A DNA stretch of 64,000 nucleotides from an uncultured Holophaga sp. GTDB lineage: Bacteria; Acidobacteriota; Holophagae; Holophagales; Holophagaceae. Under the pieces are notes generated by a model, which saw nothing but the letters and a program-made list of their open reading frames with translations, searched no databases and was not told where the DNA came from. Shown one piece after another: positions 9,591 through 19,036 of the stretch (its first letter is position 1; every line of letters starts with the position of its first letter). The stretch is from the NCBI GenBank assembly GCA_963664825.1, contig OY761614.1, positions 1,792,001 through 1,856,000 on the forward strand, read 5' to 3'. The position numbers and the translations under genes are program-made.

Positions 9591-10802
9591 TTAGCGGCGC
9601 TTCCGCTGCATCTCCGCCACGTCCCGTACGCCGGTGATCGCCGTCTCGATGTGGCCCATGTTATTGAAGGCGCCGATCCCGAAGCGCACGGCGCCGTGGA
9701 GTTTATCGGTGCCCAGATGCTCGTGAACCATGGGCGTGCAGTGCAGGCCCGTGCGGCAGGCGATGTTGTAGTCCACATCCAGCATGGTGCCGACATCCAT
9801 GGCCTCCATGCCGTCCACGTTGAAGGAGAGCACGCTGATGCGCCCCTTGCCCGCGTCCTCCGCGCAGTACATCGTCACGCCCTCGATTTGGGAGAGTCCA
9901 TCCCGCAGCTTGGTCCAGAGTGCCATCTCGTGGCGATGGATGGCCTCCAGGCCGATGCGGTTCACCCATTTCACACCCGCATTGAGGCCGGCGATGCCGG
10001 GCAGGTTCGGTGTGCCGTATTCCATGCGATAGGGATACTCGTCCAGGTGGAGGCGCTGGGCGCTCTTCACGCCGGTGCCCCCGGCGCGGGTGTGCTTGAT
10101 GTCGACGCCTTCCCGCACGTACATGCCGCCGATGCCCATGGGCCCCATCAGGCTCTTGTGGCCGGTGAAACAGACGATATCGGCGTTCAGCTCATCCATC
10201 TTCACCGGCACCATGCCCGCGGTCTGGCTCACGTCCAGGATGAACCGGATGCCCCGTTCCCGGCAGGCCTTCCCCACGGTGGCCGCGTCCTGCACGGTGC
10301 CGATGACATTGGAACCGTGGTTCATCACGACGGCCTTGGTGTTGGCCTTGAACTTGGAAATGATCTCCTGGGGATCCACGTAGCCCTTGGAATCGAAATC
10401 CACCCAGTCCACCTGGGCGCCATCCTGCTCCAGTTTCCAGAGGGGGCGGAGGCTGGCGTTGTGCTCCACGTGGGTGGTGACGACGTGGTCGCCGGGTTCG
10501 ATGCTGCCCCAGATGGCCAGATTGAGGGCGTCCGTGGAGTTGTAGCCAAAGACCAGGCGATTGGATTCCGTGCCGCCGAAGAAGGCCGTCAGCAACTTGC
10601 GGGTCTCGTCCACAAGGCTCCCGGCCTCCAGACAGAGATCGAAGCCGCTGCGGCCGGGATTGACGCCCGCGCTGCGGTAGAACGTGTCCATGAAGGCGTA
10701 GACTTCCGGCGGCTTGGGAAAGGAGGTGGCCCCGTTATCGAGGTAGATCATCTTCACCTCGGGGGGGATGGGCAGGTTGAGAAAGGGGCTATTGGTGTTC
10801 AT
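9591..10802 (-). CDS. Class V PLP aminotransferase, SufS-like cysteine desulfurase
   Basis: IYLDNGATS, EHNAS, DVSQTAG, TGHKS (PLP Lys), RTGLHC catalytic-Cys motif; start at MNTNSP after GGAGG. Confidence 0.88.
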   Translation of the reverse strand: MNTNSPFLNLPIPPEVKMIYLDNGATSFPKPPEVYAFMDTFYRSAGVNPGRSGFDLCLEAGSLVDETRKLLTAFFGGTESNRLVFGYNSTDALNLAIWGSIEPGDHVVTTHVEHNASLRPLWKLEQDGAQVDWVDFDSKGYVDPQEIISKFKANTKAVVMNHGSNVIGTVQDAATVGKACRERGIRFILDVSQTAGMVPVKMDELNADIVCFTGHKSLMGPMGIGGMYVREGVDIKHTRAGGTGVKSAQRLHLDEYPYRMEYGTPNLPGIAGLNAGVKWVNRIGLEAIHRHEMALWTKLRDGLSQIEGVTMYCAEDAGKGRISVLSFNVDGMEAMDVGTMLDVDYNIACRTGLHCTPMVHEHLGTDKLHGAVRFGIGAFNNMGHIETAITGVRDVAEMQRKRR

Positions 10803-10894
10803 GGAGGACCTCCAGAGGAGTGCATGGATTAGAGAAAAGGAAGGAACCACGGTTCGGCTTTTGGGTCGCGCAGAAGTCGACGAGAAGCGGGGGA

Positions 10895-12226
10895 TCAGGG
10901 CATAAGCGCGTCGGCCACCACTTCGGCGACGGTCTTGATCTGGACCTTGAGCTTGTATTCCTTGTTGAGTTCCGTGAGCTGGTCCACGCAGTTGTGGCAG
11001 GGGGTGACGACGATGGCGGCACCCGTGTCGCGGATCTGCTGGGCCTTCATGCCGCCGGACTTGAGGCGGCGTTCCTTGTAGCGCCCCATGGCCAGCTGGC
11101 CGCCCCCCCCTCCGCAGCAGAAGTTGTGCTCGCGGTTGGGGGTCATCTCGATGAAGTTGGCGGCGCTGGCCCTCAGCACCCGGCGCTGGGCCTCGCAGAG
11201 GCCGCCGTGGCGCACCAGATTGCAGGGATCGTGGAGGGTGACGGGGGCCTGGTTCTTCGCAGGATCGACCTGGATGCGCCCTTCGCGGATGTAGTCGTCC
11301 ATCAGCTCCAGGATGCTCATGACCTTGAAGGGATAGGTGCCCTGGAGCCACTCTGGGCCCTCCCACCGGGCCGAACCGTAGCCATGGCCGCATTCGCCGA
11401 TGACCAGGGTCTCGCAACCCAGCCGCGCCATGGCGTCCACGAGGTTCTGCGTGAGGGCGCCGGCCTGCTTATCGTTGCAGTTGAAGAGCCCGTAGTTCGT
11501 CAGGTCCCAACCGGTGTCGGCGGTGAGCGTCCAGTCCTCCTTGGCCGCCCAGAAAACCTTGGCGCTAGCCTGGAGGCTCAAGGGGAAGAATTTGGGTTCC
11601 CTCGGGTTCACGGTGAAGAGGAACTTGGCGCCCTGCTTGTCCAGGGGCAGCCGGGCCTCGGGATCGCCAGTCTCCATCTGGAGCTCCTCCTCGATCCACT
11701 GCACTGTCTCCACCCAGTCGGTCCGGGTGATGCCCATGTTGTTGCCATGCTGGAGAGCCGTGTCCACAGTGGCCTGGAGATCAGGGGGCGTGAGGCCCAT
11801 GGCCCCAAGGGCCGCCCGGGCCGCCCGGAAGATCTTGGGCAGGGCGATGCCCACGGTGCAGTTCAGCGAGCAGCGGCCGCAGAGGGAACAGCGACCGAAG
11901 ACCGCGTCCACCCAGGCCCGGGCCATGTCCTTGTCCATCTTTCGCGCGCCCAGGAGGCCCGGGGCAAGGCGGCCCAGGACGGTGAATTCGCCCTTGAAGA
12001 CCGAGGCGATCTTGTAGAGCTTGGCGGCGGGGATATTCTCCAGCTCCGGATCCATGCGGTAGTAGTGGCAACTCTCGGCGCAGAGGCCGCAGTGGACGCA
12101 GGTGTTCAGGTAGGAGGCGTCCGCCGCCGTCAGTTTCGACCTGAAGACATCCAGGCCCCGCCTGAAGTCGGCCTCCGTGAGCGATGCGAGGCGGGATTCC
12201 AGTTCATCGAGTTCGGGCATGGTCAT
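10895..12226 (-). CDS. DsrK/HdrD-like Fe-S oxidoreductase (2x[4Fe-4S] + CCG domains)
   Basis: CVHCGLCAESC, CSLCGRCSLNC, ECGHG, HDPCN, CCGGGGG, PCHNC. Confidence 0.85.
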   Translation of the reverse strand: MTMPELDELESRLASLTEADFRRGLDVFRSKLTAADASYLNTCVHCGLCAESCHYYRMDPELENIPAAKLYKIASVFKGEFTVLGRLAPGLLGARKMDKDMARAWVDAVFGRCSLCGRCSLNCTVGIALPKIFRAARAALGAMGLTPPDLQATVDTALQHGNNMGITRTDWVETVQWIEEELQMETGDPEARLPLDKQGAKFLFTVNPREPKFFPLSLQASAKVFWAAKEDWTLTADTGWDLTNYGLFNCNDKQAGALTQNLVDAMARLGCETLVIGECGHGYGSARWEGPEWLQGTYPFKVMSILELMDDYIREGRIQVDPAKNQAPVTLHDPCNLVRHGGLCEAQRRVLRASAANFIEMTPNREHNFCCGGGGGQLAMGRYKERRLKSGGMKAQQIRDTGAAIVVTPCHNCVDQLTELNKEYKLKVQIKTVAEVVADALMP

Positions 12227-12232
12227 GCCTCC

Positions 12233-12856
12233 TCAGGCCCGGTTCCGACCCGGAGGAAACACGCCCCGGCGGCCGAAGAAGGCGCCGGAGTGGTACCGGG
12301 TGGAGAAGAAAAAGAGGCAGTGGCGGATCTTGCCGAGCGGCATATAGACCAGCAGTGCGCAGGTGGCCAGCATCCAGACAGATTGGATCTCGGGCCTGAA
12401 GACGGTCAGTCCCGCCAGGGCCGCGAAGACCGTGGCCAGGAGATTGGAAACGAAGTCGTCCGGACAGGAGAGGCCCCTCAGATGGGCCTTGAAGATCCGC
12501 TTGGCGAAGAGCGCCAGGCCCGCCAGGGCGCCGACGAGCGCCCCAAAGGTGAGGCCCAGGCTCAGGCCGTGGACGTTCAGCCCCCCCAGGCTCAGCACCA
12601 GCAGGGCGAAGGCCGCGAAGAGGCCGCAGTGGTAGAGCATGCCAGCGGCATAGGAGAGGGGATTGCGCCTCACGCTCTCCTTGGCCTGGGGTGCCATGCC
12701 CTTGGTGAAGGCGTAGAGCACTCCGGCCATGGGGTCACCCAGGGCCGGGGCGAAGAGACGGCGCTGGCCGAAGGCCTTGGCGCGATGGAATTCCAGAAGG
12801 AGGGCCGCGGCGCACCAGGCTCCCGCCAGGACCACGGCCAGATGCAGCGCCGCCAC
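12233..12856 (-). CDS. DsrM/NarI-like membrane anchor
   Basis: About 5 TM helices; 'YH' and 'PLGKIRH' His motifs, 'LRGLSCPDD'; start overlaps dsrC stop (TAGTG). Confidence 0.7.
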   Translation of the reverse strand: MAALHLAVVLAGAWCAAALLLEFHRAKAFGQRRLFAPALGDPMAGVLYAFTKGMAPQAKESVRRNPLSYAAGMLYHCGLFAAFALLVLSLGGLNVHGLSLGLTFGALVGALAGLALFAKRIFKAHLRGLSCPDDFVSNLLATVFAALAGLTVFRPEIQSVWMLATCALLVYMPLGKIRHCLFFFSTRYHSGAFFGRRGVFPPGRNRA

Positions 12857-13176
12857 TAGACGCAGCCGTCGGGCTTGGGCAGACCGGCCAGTTTGCAGGC
12901 GCCCTTGGCGGGGCCACTGGGGAAGAGCTCATAGATGCGCTTGAGGGGCAGGCCCGTGCCCTTGCACATGGAACGGACCATGGGGGCGGTCTGGTTCTCC
13001 AGGAAGTGGGCGCGGATGAAGCGGATCACGGCCCAGTGGTCCTCGCTGAGCTGCTCGAGGCTTTCCTCCTGCCGGGCCAGGAGGACGGCCAGATCCTCGG
13101 TCCAGACCGAGGGGTCCACCAGGAATCCCTCTTCGTTGAGTTCCAACTGCTTGCCGTTGAATTCGAGAACGGACAT
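12856..13176 (-). CDS. dsrC: DsrC/TusE-family sulfur carrier with both C-terminal cysteines (Cx10C)
   Basis: EEGFL..., EDHW, YELFPSGPAKGACKLAGLPKPDGCV. Confidence 0.9.
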   Translation of the reverse strand: MSVLEFNGKQLELNEEGFLVDPSVWTEDLAVLLARQEESLEQLSEDHWAVIRFIRAHFLENQTAPMVRSMCKGTGLPLKRIYELFPSGPAKGACKLAGLPKPDGCV

Positions 13177-13312
13177 GAAGCCTCCACAATCGGACTTGGA
13201 TGGGCTCAGGAATCACCCCAGAGGGGGGCTCCTATTTGCATATGCAGAATAATATTCCTGTGTGCCATCCGCCGGAAGGGAAATAAGTCTCGAGAATCCC
13301 TTCTCAACTCCT

Positions 13313-13328
13313 TGTGACAGCCGTCACA
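13313..13328. promoter_or_regulatory. CRP/FNR-family binding site
   Basis: Perfect TGTGA-N6-TCACA (TGTGAcagccgTCACA) about 140 bp upstream of dsrC start. Confidence 0.6.
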
Positions 13329-13445
13329 GAGTCTTTCTTCCCTGGGGCGGGCCCAGCGTTCCGCGGGGTGAATTATGTACATTCCCCGGGCGGTGGATTC
13401 TCTTCTCCTGAGTCGTTATCACGGATAACCGTATGGCTCTGGGGC

Positions 13446-14552
13446 TCAGAATCGCGTCTCCAGGCTCAGTCCCAGGCCCATGTCTGCGGTGTTCTCATTG
13501 TGGGTGATGTTGTTGAGGTAGCGGAAGGTGAGGACCGTCTGGCCCCAGAGGGTCCAGTGGAAGCCCAGATCGTGCTGGAGGCTGGGGAGGTCCAGCTTCT
13601 GGTAGGGCTGCTTGGGGAGATACCCGCTCTGGGCGTAGAGCTGAAAGAAGGGGCGGAAGCGCGGCCACTTGCGGTATTCCCAGGTTCCGTGGGCCCCCCA
13701 CCCGTCCCGCAGGCCGCCGAAGGCGAGTTCGTTGTAGGCGTGGCTCCCCGGGGGGCGGCCGATGAAGGCCCCGCCGAAGTAGAAGACGTGCCGTGGTGCG
13801 GGTTGCCAGCGTCCCGTGAGACCCAGGGAAAAGTCCCAGCCAGAGCGGTACTCGTCGTAGCAGGTGGTCAGGGGGAGCTTGAGGGTGGCCGTGGCGGAGA
13901 GCAGCCAGTTCCCGCTCCCCGCGATGCGGTGGGTGATTCCTATGGAGGGGTCCTGGAACTTCCCCTGGATGGCCTCCTCGCTGTAGAAGACCAGCTTGCC
14001 TCGGGACATCACGGCCAGGGTCAGCCGGTTCCTCTCGATGAGGTCCCGGCCAAACTGCTCGAAGCCCAGTTTGTGGAAACCCTCGATGAGACCATCCAGG
14101 AGGCCTCCGCCGTGCCACTGGAAGGGCAGCTCGGCCCAGATATCCATCCGGTCTCCGAGGCCCCAGCGGAGGCGCAGGGTGGTGCGGACGATCTCCTCGT
14201 CGAAGTAGAAGATGAGGGGGATGGAGGGATGCTGGGTGGCCAATTCCTGGGCATCCTCCCGAGTCACGCGAATGCGTCCCTGGACATCCCGGGGGGCCTC
14301 GCTCTTCAGGATGTCGGAGAACTCGAAGGTATTGGCGCGGATGTGGTCCAGGGAGACGAACCAGCGCCCTTCGCCCAAGGGGGTGGGGTCCACGGGTAGG
14401 TAGGCCAGGGTGGGTAGGAAGAGAGGGAACATCTCCCGGGTGGGGATGGGGCCCAATTCCATGGGTTCCTGGGCGCAGAGGGCCAGGGCGAAGCCCGCCA
14501 TCAGAGCGGCAGTGAATATCCGGAGGGCTGTGCCATGCTCCCGGGCTTCCAT
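13446..14552 (-). CDS. DUF3187-like outer-membrane protein
   Basis: Signal peptide, 'GGGLLDGLIEGFH' motif, C-terminal Phe; RBS GAGGAG before ATG 14552. Confidence 0.65.
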   Translation of the reverse strand: MEAREHGTALRIFTAALMAGFALALCAQEPMELGPIPTREMFPLFLPTLAYLPVDPTPLGEGRWFVSLDHIRANTFEFSDILKSEAPRDVQGRIRVTREDAQELATQHPSIPLIFYFDEEIVRTTLRLRWGLGDRMDIWAELPFQWHGGGLLDGLIEGFHKLGFEQFGRDLIERNRLTLAVMSRGKLVFYSEEAIQGKFQDPSIGITHRIAGSGNWLLSATATLKLPLTTCYDEYRSGWDFSLGLTGRWQPAPRHVFYFGGAFIGRPPGSHAYNELAFGGLRDGWGAHGTWEYRKWPRFRPFFQLYAQSGYLPKQPYQKLDLPSLQHDLGFHWTLWGQTVLTFRYLNNITHNENTADMGLGLSLETRF

Positions 14553-14557
14553 TCTCC

Positions 14558-14908
14558 TCACAGCAGTCGTCGCCAGGACCCCGCGCTGTAGGCCTGAGTG
14601 AAACCGGCCCGCTGAAGAAATTTCTGGGCGCCCAGGCTGCGGGCTCCGCTGGCACAGCACAGGAGGATCGTCTGGGAGCGCTCCAGTTCGCCCATGCGCT
14701 GGGACAATTGATCTAAAGGGATATTGAGGCTCCCGGGGGCATGCCCTTGGGCGAATTCTGCGGAGGTGCGCACATCGACGAGGATGGCGCCCTGGTCCTT
14801 GAGTTCCTTCAGGCGCGCCGGGCTGAGGCCTCCTCCCAGGACGCGCCGAAGAGTGAAGATCGCCGCGAAGGCGAGGGCCACCCAGAAGATCCAATGGACA
14901 GGATGCAC
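14558..14908 (-). CDS. Rhodanese-like protein with N-terminal TM helix
   Basis: LVDVRT.EF..GH.PGS.NIP and CCASGARS active-site loop; GTG start. Confidence 0.85.
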   Translation of the reverse strand: MHPVHWIFWVALAFAAIFTLRRVLGGGLSPARLKELKDQGAILVDVRTSAEFAQGHAPGSLNIPLDQLSQRMGELERSQTILLCCASGARSLGAQKFLQRAGFTQAYSAGSWRRLL

Positions 14909-15014
14909 GTGTCGCCCCCTTTCCAGCAGTCTAGCCCGAGCCGGGGCAGGTTCGGCAGGGCCACCCTTCGGGAGAAGTGGCTCGGCTTTGGCTAGAATCG
15001 AAACAGGGGCCGTT

Positions 15015-15539
15015 ATGCCGACACTCCAGGAACGCGCGAAAGCCATCCGCCTCGTCTGCACGGATGTGGATGGGGTGCTCACCACGGGCCATCTGCACTT
15101 CGGCGGAGACGGCACCCACACCAAGGCCTTCCATGTGCGGGATGGCGCAGCCACCGTGTATCTCCAGCGCAGCGGCATCAGGGTGGCCTTCATCTCGGGG
15201 CTGGATAGCCCCTCCACCTGGGCTCGGGCCAAACAGCTGGGGGTGGAGGATTGCTTCGCGGGAAATCTGGCGAAGGGGCCCATCCTGGCCCAGCTCTGCG
15301 CGAAGTACGGCCTCGCCCCCGAACAGGTGGCCCACCTGGGGGATGATCTGCCGGATCTGCCCCTCCTGAGCCGGGTGGGCCTGGCCTGTTGTCCGGAGGA
15401 TGCGGTGGAGGAGGTCAAGGGCCTGTGCCACTTCATCATTCCTTTGCCTGGTGGCCAGGGCGTGCTGCGGCCCGTGGCCGAACTGGTTTTGAAGTCCCAG
15501 GGTCTCTGGGATGCCGTCGTAGACAATTACAGGAAGTGA
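15015..15539 (+). CDS. kdsC: KDO 8-phosphate phosphatase (HAD)
   Basis: DVDGVLT, FHVRDG, GDDLPD motifs. Confidence 0.88.
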   Translation: MPTLQERAKAIRLVCTDVDGVLTTGHLHFGGDGTHTKAFHVRDGAATVYLQRSGIRVAFISGLDSPSTWARAKQLGVEDCFAGNLAKGPILAQLCAKYGLAPEQVAHLGDDLPDLPLLSRVGLACCPEDAVEEVKGLCHFIIPLPGGQGVLRPVAELVLKSQGLWDAVVDNYRK

Positions 15540-15542
15540 CCC

Positions 15543-16100
15543 ATGCGCATCCGCCCCGCCCTTCTTTCGCTCCTCTTCATGCTGCCCCTGGGCGCCCAGG
15601 TGCTGGAGCCCAGCATGCTCGGCCTTCAGGCCCGCATCAGCGTCCCCGAGGGCAGCTTCCGGGATGCCCTCGGGGGCTTGAGGATCCCCGGCTTCGGGGC
15701 CAGTCTCTTCGCGGAGATGGATCTCGGCGACAGCCTGCACTACCGCCTGGGCATGGGCGCGGATCTCTGGCCCCAGGGCCGGGGGAATATGGGCAGCGAT
15801 GACCGCGAGATCCAGGCCTTCCATGTGGGGGGCGAGGCCGTCTACTTCCTCCGGGACGAGGGAGAGAAGACCCTCCTGGGGCCCTATGTCACCGCTGGGC
15901 TCTCGGGCTGCGCGTGGTCCCTGGGCAAGGATGTGACTGGTGCGGGCGAGACCCGGCGGGTGGTCCATGCCGCGGCCACCTTGGGTGTCGGATGGCGCAT
16001 GATGCGCCACCTGGATGCCGAGGTGAAGGTCCTGGCCGGGAGGATCGATCCCAACCTGGATGCCCTGGCGCTGATGGGCTGCGTGAACTACAGGTTCTGA
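15543..16100 (+). CDS. Small outer-membrane beta-barrel protein
   Basis: Signal peptide, alternating beta-strands, C-terminal 'VNYRF'. Confidence 0.7.
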   Translation: MRIRPALLSLLFMLPLGAQVLEPSMLGLQARISVPEGSFRDALGGLRIPGFGASLFAEMDLGDSLHYRLGMGADLWPQGRGNMGSDDREIQAFHVGGEAVYFLRDEGEKTLLGPYVTAGLSGCAWSLGKDVTGAGETRRVVHAAATLGVGWRMMRHLDAEVKVLAGRIDPNLDALALMGCVNYRF

Positions 16101-18949
16101 GGGAGCGTCCTTCCCGCAGCACCGGCTTCGCACTGGCGGCGGCCTTGCCGCAATTCGAGAAGGGTCGGGTTGGACGACAGGCCCCGTTCAAAGGCCCGCC
16201 GCGCCATGCGGAGGGTTTCCTGGCAGGGCTGGCCGGTGGATTGCTGCCAGCGCGATCGCGCCAGGGCGAGATCGCCGCGCACCAGGTGCAATTGCGCTCG
16301 GGTGGGGTTGATCTCCAGCGCAGCGGCGATGGCCTTTTCACCCCGGGCGAGATAGTCCTCCGGGTTTCGCTGCTGGGCGAGGGCGCGCTGGGCTTCCATG
16401 AGGCAGACGGCGGCCAAGGCCCACCACGTCTCGTGGGCCTTGGGACAGAGCTGCACGGCCCTTTCCGCGTCTTCTCGAGCCCGCCCCATGGCTTCGACCG
16501 ACCCACGTGGGTCGCGGGAAGTTCGCTCCGCCAGGATCTGGAAGGCTCTCGCCGATTCCACCCAGGACCACATGCTCTGGGGATTCATTTCGAGGGCTTT
16601 TCGGAGTTCGCGAAGAGCGGCCTCGGCGTTGGGCCTGGGATCGAGGCCCCGCAGGGCCTCCCAATGCGCCTTGAGGCGCAGGGAGGAACCCAGGAAGTAG
16701 TGGTGGTAGAACATCTCCTTCCGGACCATCCCCGAGCGAGTCGCCCGGATGGCCTGGTCGAGGGTGGGGCGCGGATCCCGCCCGTGCTCGAGTTCCCAGC
16801 GGGCTTGCACCTGGAGGATCTCAACGGGTTCCTCCTCCCGGAAGGAGGGCTCCAGGGCCTGCCGGATGGTGGGCCTCGGATCCCTGCCCCTGAGGAGTTC
16901 GTGATCGGCCTTGATCCAAAGGAGATCCAGGCGCTCCTCCTGGAACGTCTCAGTGCCGCCGCACTGCACACGGGCCTGTTCCAGGTGTTCCAGGCCTTTG
17001 CGCAGGGGTTCGGCGGGGTCCTGGCCGTGCTTGAGGCGATAGGAGGCCCGGCGTTGGCAGATCCGGAGCTTGTCGCGATGAGGCAGGACCTGCCCCGGAT
17101 CCAGGGCAAGCAGGCGATCACAGATTTGTTCCGCTTCCTGGAACAGCTTCTCGGCGAAGAACCCGTGTTCCAGTTCGAAGGCCATCCAGGCCATGCGCTG
17201 GCTCAGGTCCACCTGGAGGGCCTGTTCATCGCTCCTCGCCAGGTCCTGGGCACACTGGGCGGCTTCCCGGGCCTGTCGGTACAGATCGAGAGCGGCCTGC
17301 GGCTTCCCGGAGGTCTGCAGATCGAAGCCCTTCCGGGTCAGGGCCGAGGATTCCAGGGCCTTGGCCTCATAGCACCAGGGCCTTTCGCGGAAGGCCTGCC
17401 TCGCCAGATCCAGGGCCCGGTCGGGTTGGCCTTGGAGGCGCGCCAGGACGGATTCCCCCAGGGCCATGGGCTCGAGGGTTTGACCCCGGGCCTGGGAGAA
17501 GAGGCGCTGCGCGCTAAGCAGATGCCGCCGTTTCAGGTCCTCCAGGCCCTGGGTACCCTGGGCCTCGAGCCTCATCGATTCCGCCGCAAACACCTCGCAA
17601 TGGGCGCGGCCCAGCGCATAGGTCTCATCGGGGGTGCGGAATCCCTGATCCCAGGCCTTCTGAAGTTGGCCCAGGGCCTGCCCAGGTTCACCGAGCATCT
17701 GGTGACCGCGTCCCAGGGCATAGTGTCCGGGACCTTCGGCCTGGGAACCCAGTTCCTGCATGGTCTTCCGCAGCGCGTCCATCCGCATTCGGGTTCGCCC
17801 CAGCGCCGGGCGGAGATCATGGGCCGGCATCATCCGCTCCAGGCGCATCAGATGCTCGATGTCCTTCATTTCTCCCACCAACTGCTGGGCGAGATGCGTC
17901 TGCTGTTGGCCCCGGAGGGTGGTGCGGACATTCCAGGCGGCCATGCCGAGCAGCAGGAGGATGGCTGCGGCCAGGGCGGAGGCCACCTTGGGGTTCTTGC
18001 GGATCCTGCGCAGTAGCCTCGTCCAGGGTGGGGTGGCGCGGGCCAGGATGGGCTCACCGTCCAGGAATCTCCGCAGATCCTCTGCCAGGGCGGCGGCGGA
18101 GGCATAGCGATCCCTAGGCTCGGGTTCGAGACAGGTGGCCAGGATGGTGCGCAGTTCCCTGGGGAGATTCTGGCTGGGGGTGTGTTCGCGCTTCCGCCCC
18201 TCACCGCACTCGGCCGTTTTCTGAAGGATGCATGGGTTCCCGGAGAGGGCCTGCGACAGCGTGACCCCCAGGGCGTACACATCCGTATGAGGGCCGATGC
18301 GGGATCGCTCCCCGCGGAGCTGTTCGGGGGCCATGTAGGCGGGCGTCCCGAGAGGGCCTTGGGTGTGCGTGAGGCCCGCGCTGTCCATGTCCATGGCCAG
18401 TCCGAAATCGCACACATAGGGTGTCCAGCGGCCCTCTGGGCTCCGCTCCATGAGGATATTCCCAGGCTTCAGATCGCGATGAACGAGCTTCAGGCGATGG
18501 GCCGCATGCACGGCCTGGGCCACCAGAATCATCGTGCCCAGAACCTCCTCCTGGGACATCACCCTGCAAGCCTCGCCCAGGGGCCCGCCCCGCACCAGCT
18601 GCATGGCGATGCAGATGGTGTCGCCGCCCGTATCCACATCAAAGACCCGGCAGATATTGGGATGCTCTACGCGAGCCTGGATCTGGGCTTCCCCCAGGAA
18701 ACGCATCAGGGCCGTCGGGCCGCGCTGTCTCAAAAGTTTCAGCGCCACCGTGCGGTTCAGAAGGGTGTCCCGGGCCTCGAAGACCTCGCCCATGCCTCCG
18801 ATGCCAAGCAGCGGACCCAGGATGTAGCGCCCGATACGCCTCTGGCCTGCCTGGGCGCCGGGCGACGCATGGGCGGGAAGGGTGTCTGTTCCGGCGCCTT
18901 GCCCAGGCACGACGACCTGGGGTATAGCGCCTGTCTCGGACTCGATCAC
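16088..18949 (-). CDS. Hanks-type Ser/Thr protein kinase with TM helix and TPR-like C-terminus
   Basis: LGIGGMGEV, VALK, HRDLKPGN, DFG, GTPAYMAPE, DVYALG. Confidence 0.9.
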   Translation of the reverse strand: MIESETGAIPQVVVPGQGAGTDTLPAHASPGAQAGQRRIGRYILGPLLGIGGMGEVFEARDTLLNRTVALKLLRQRGPTALMRFLGEAQIQARVEHPNICRVFDVDTGGDTICIAMQLVRGGPLGEACRVMSQEEVLGTMILVAQAVHAAHRLKLVHRDLKPGNILMERSPEGRWTPYVCDFGLAMDMDSAGLTHTQGPLGTPAYMAPEQLRGERSRIGPHTDVYALGVTLSQALSGNPCILQKTAECGEGRKREHTPSQNLPRELRTILATCLEPEPRDRYASAAALAEDLRRFLDGEPILARATPPWTRLLRRIRKNPKVASALAAAILLLLGMAAWNVRTTLRGQQQTHLAQQLVGEMKDIEHLMRLERMMPAHDLRPALGRTRMRMDALRKTMQELGSQAEGPGHYALGRGHQMLGEPGQALGQLQKAWDQGFRTPDETYALGRAHCEVFAAESMRLEAQGTQGLEDLKRRHLLSAQRLFSQARGQTLEPMALGESVLARLQGQPDRALDLARQAFRERPWCYEAKALESSALTRKGFDLQTSGKPQAALDLYRQAREAAQCAQDLARSDEQALQVDLSQRMAWMAFELEHGFFAEKLFQEAEQICDRLLALDPGQVLPHRDKLRICQRRASYRLKHGQDPAEPLRKGLEHLEQARVQCGGTETFQEERLDLLWIKADHELLRGRDPRPTIRQALEPSFREEEPVEILQVQARWELEHGRDPRPTLDQAIRATRSGMVRKEMFYHHYFLGSSLRLKAHWEALRGLDPRPNAEAALRELRKALEMNPQSMWSWVESARAFQILAERTSRDPRGSVEAMGRAREDAERAVQLCPKAHETWWALAAVCLMEAQRALAQQRNPEDYLARGEKAIAAALEINPTRAQLHLVRGDLALARSRWQQSTGQPCQETLRMARRAFERGLSSNPTLLELRQGRRQCEAGAAGRTLPQNL

Positions 18950-19036
18950 GGGGGTGTTCCGCTTCTAAAAGGGGGAATCTTATCGGTTCATTGTGCCAGG
19001 AATGGACCCTGACCCTCTGAGTGATCGAGGTTTCCA

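Noticed and set aside
10803..11417. 205-aa N-terminal extension of the desulfurase ORF
   Set aside because: Overlaps the dsrK-like gene in another frame; RBS supports start at 10802
10820..12859. 679-aa plus-strand ORF
   Set aside because: Antisense shadow of the dsrK/dsrM-like genes; no motifs, expected in high-GC DNA
15914..18016. 700-aa plus-strand ORF
   Set aside because: Antisense to the Ser/Thr kinase, which has clear motifs
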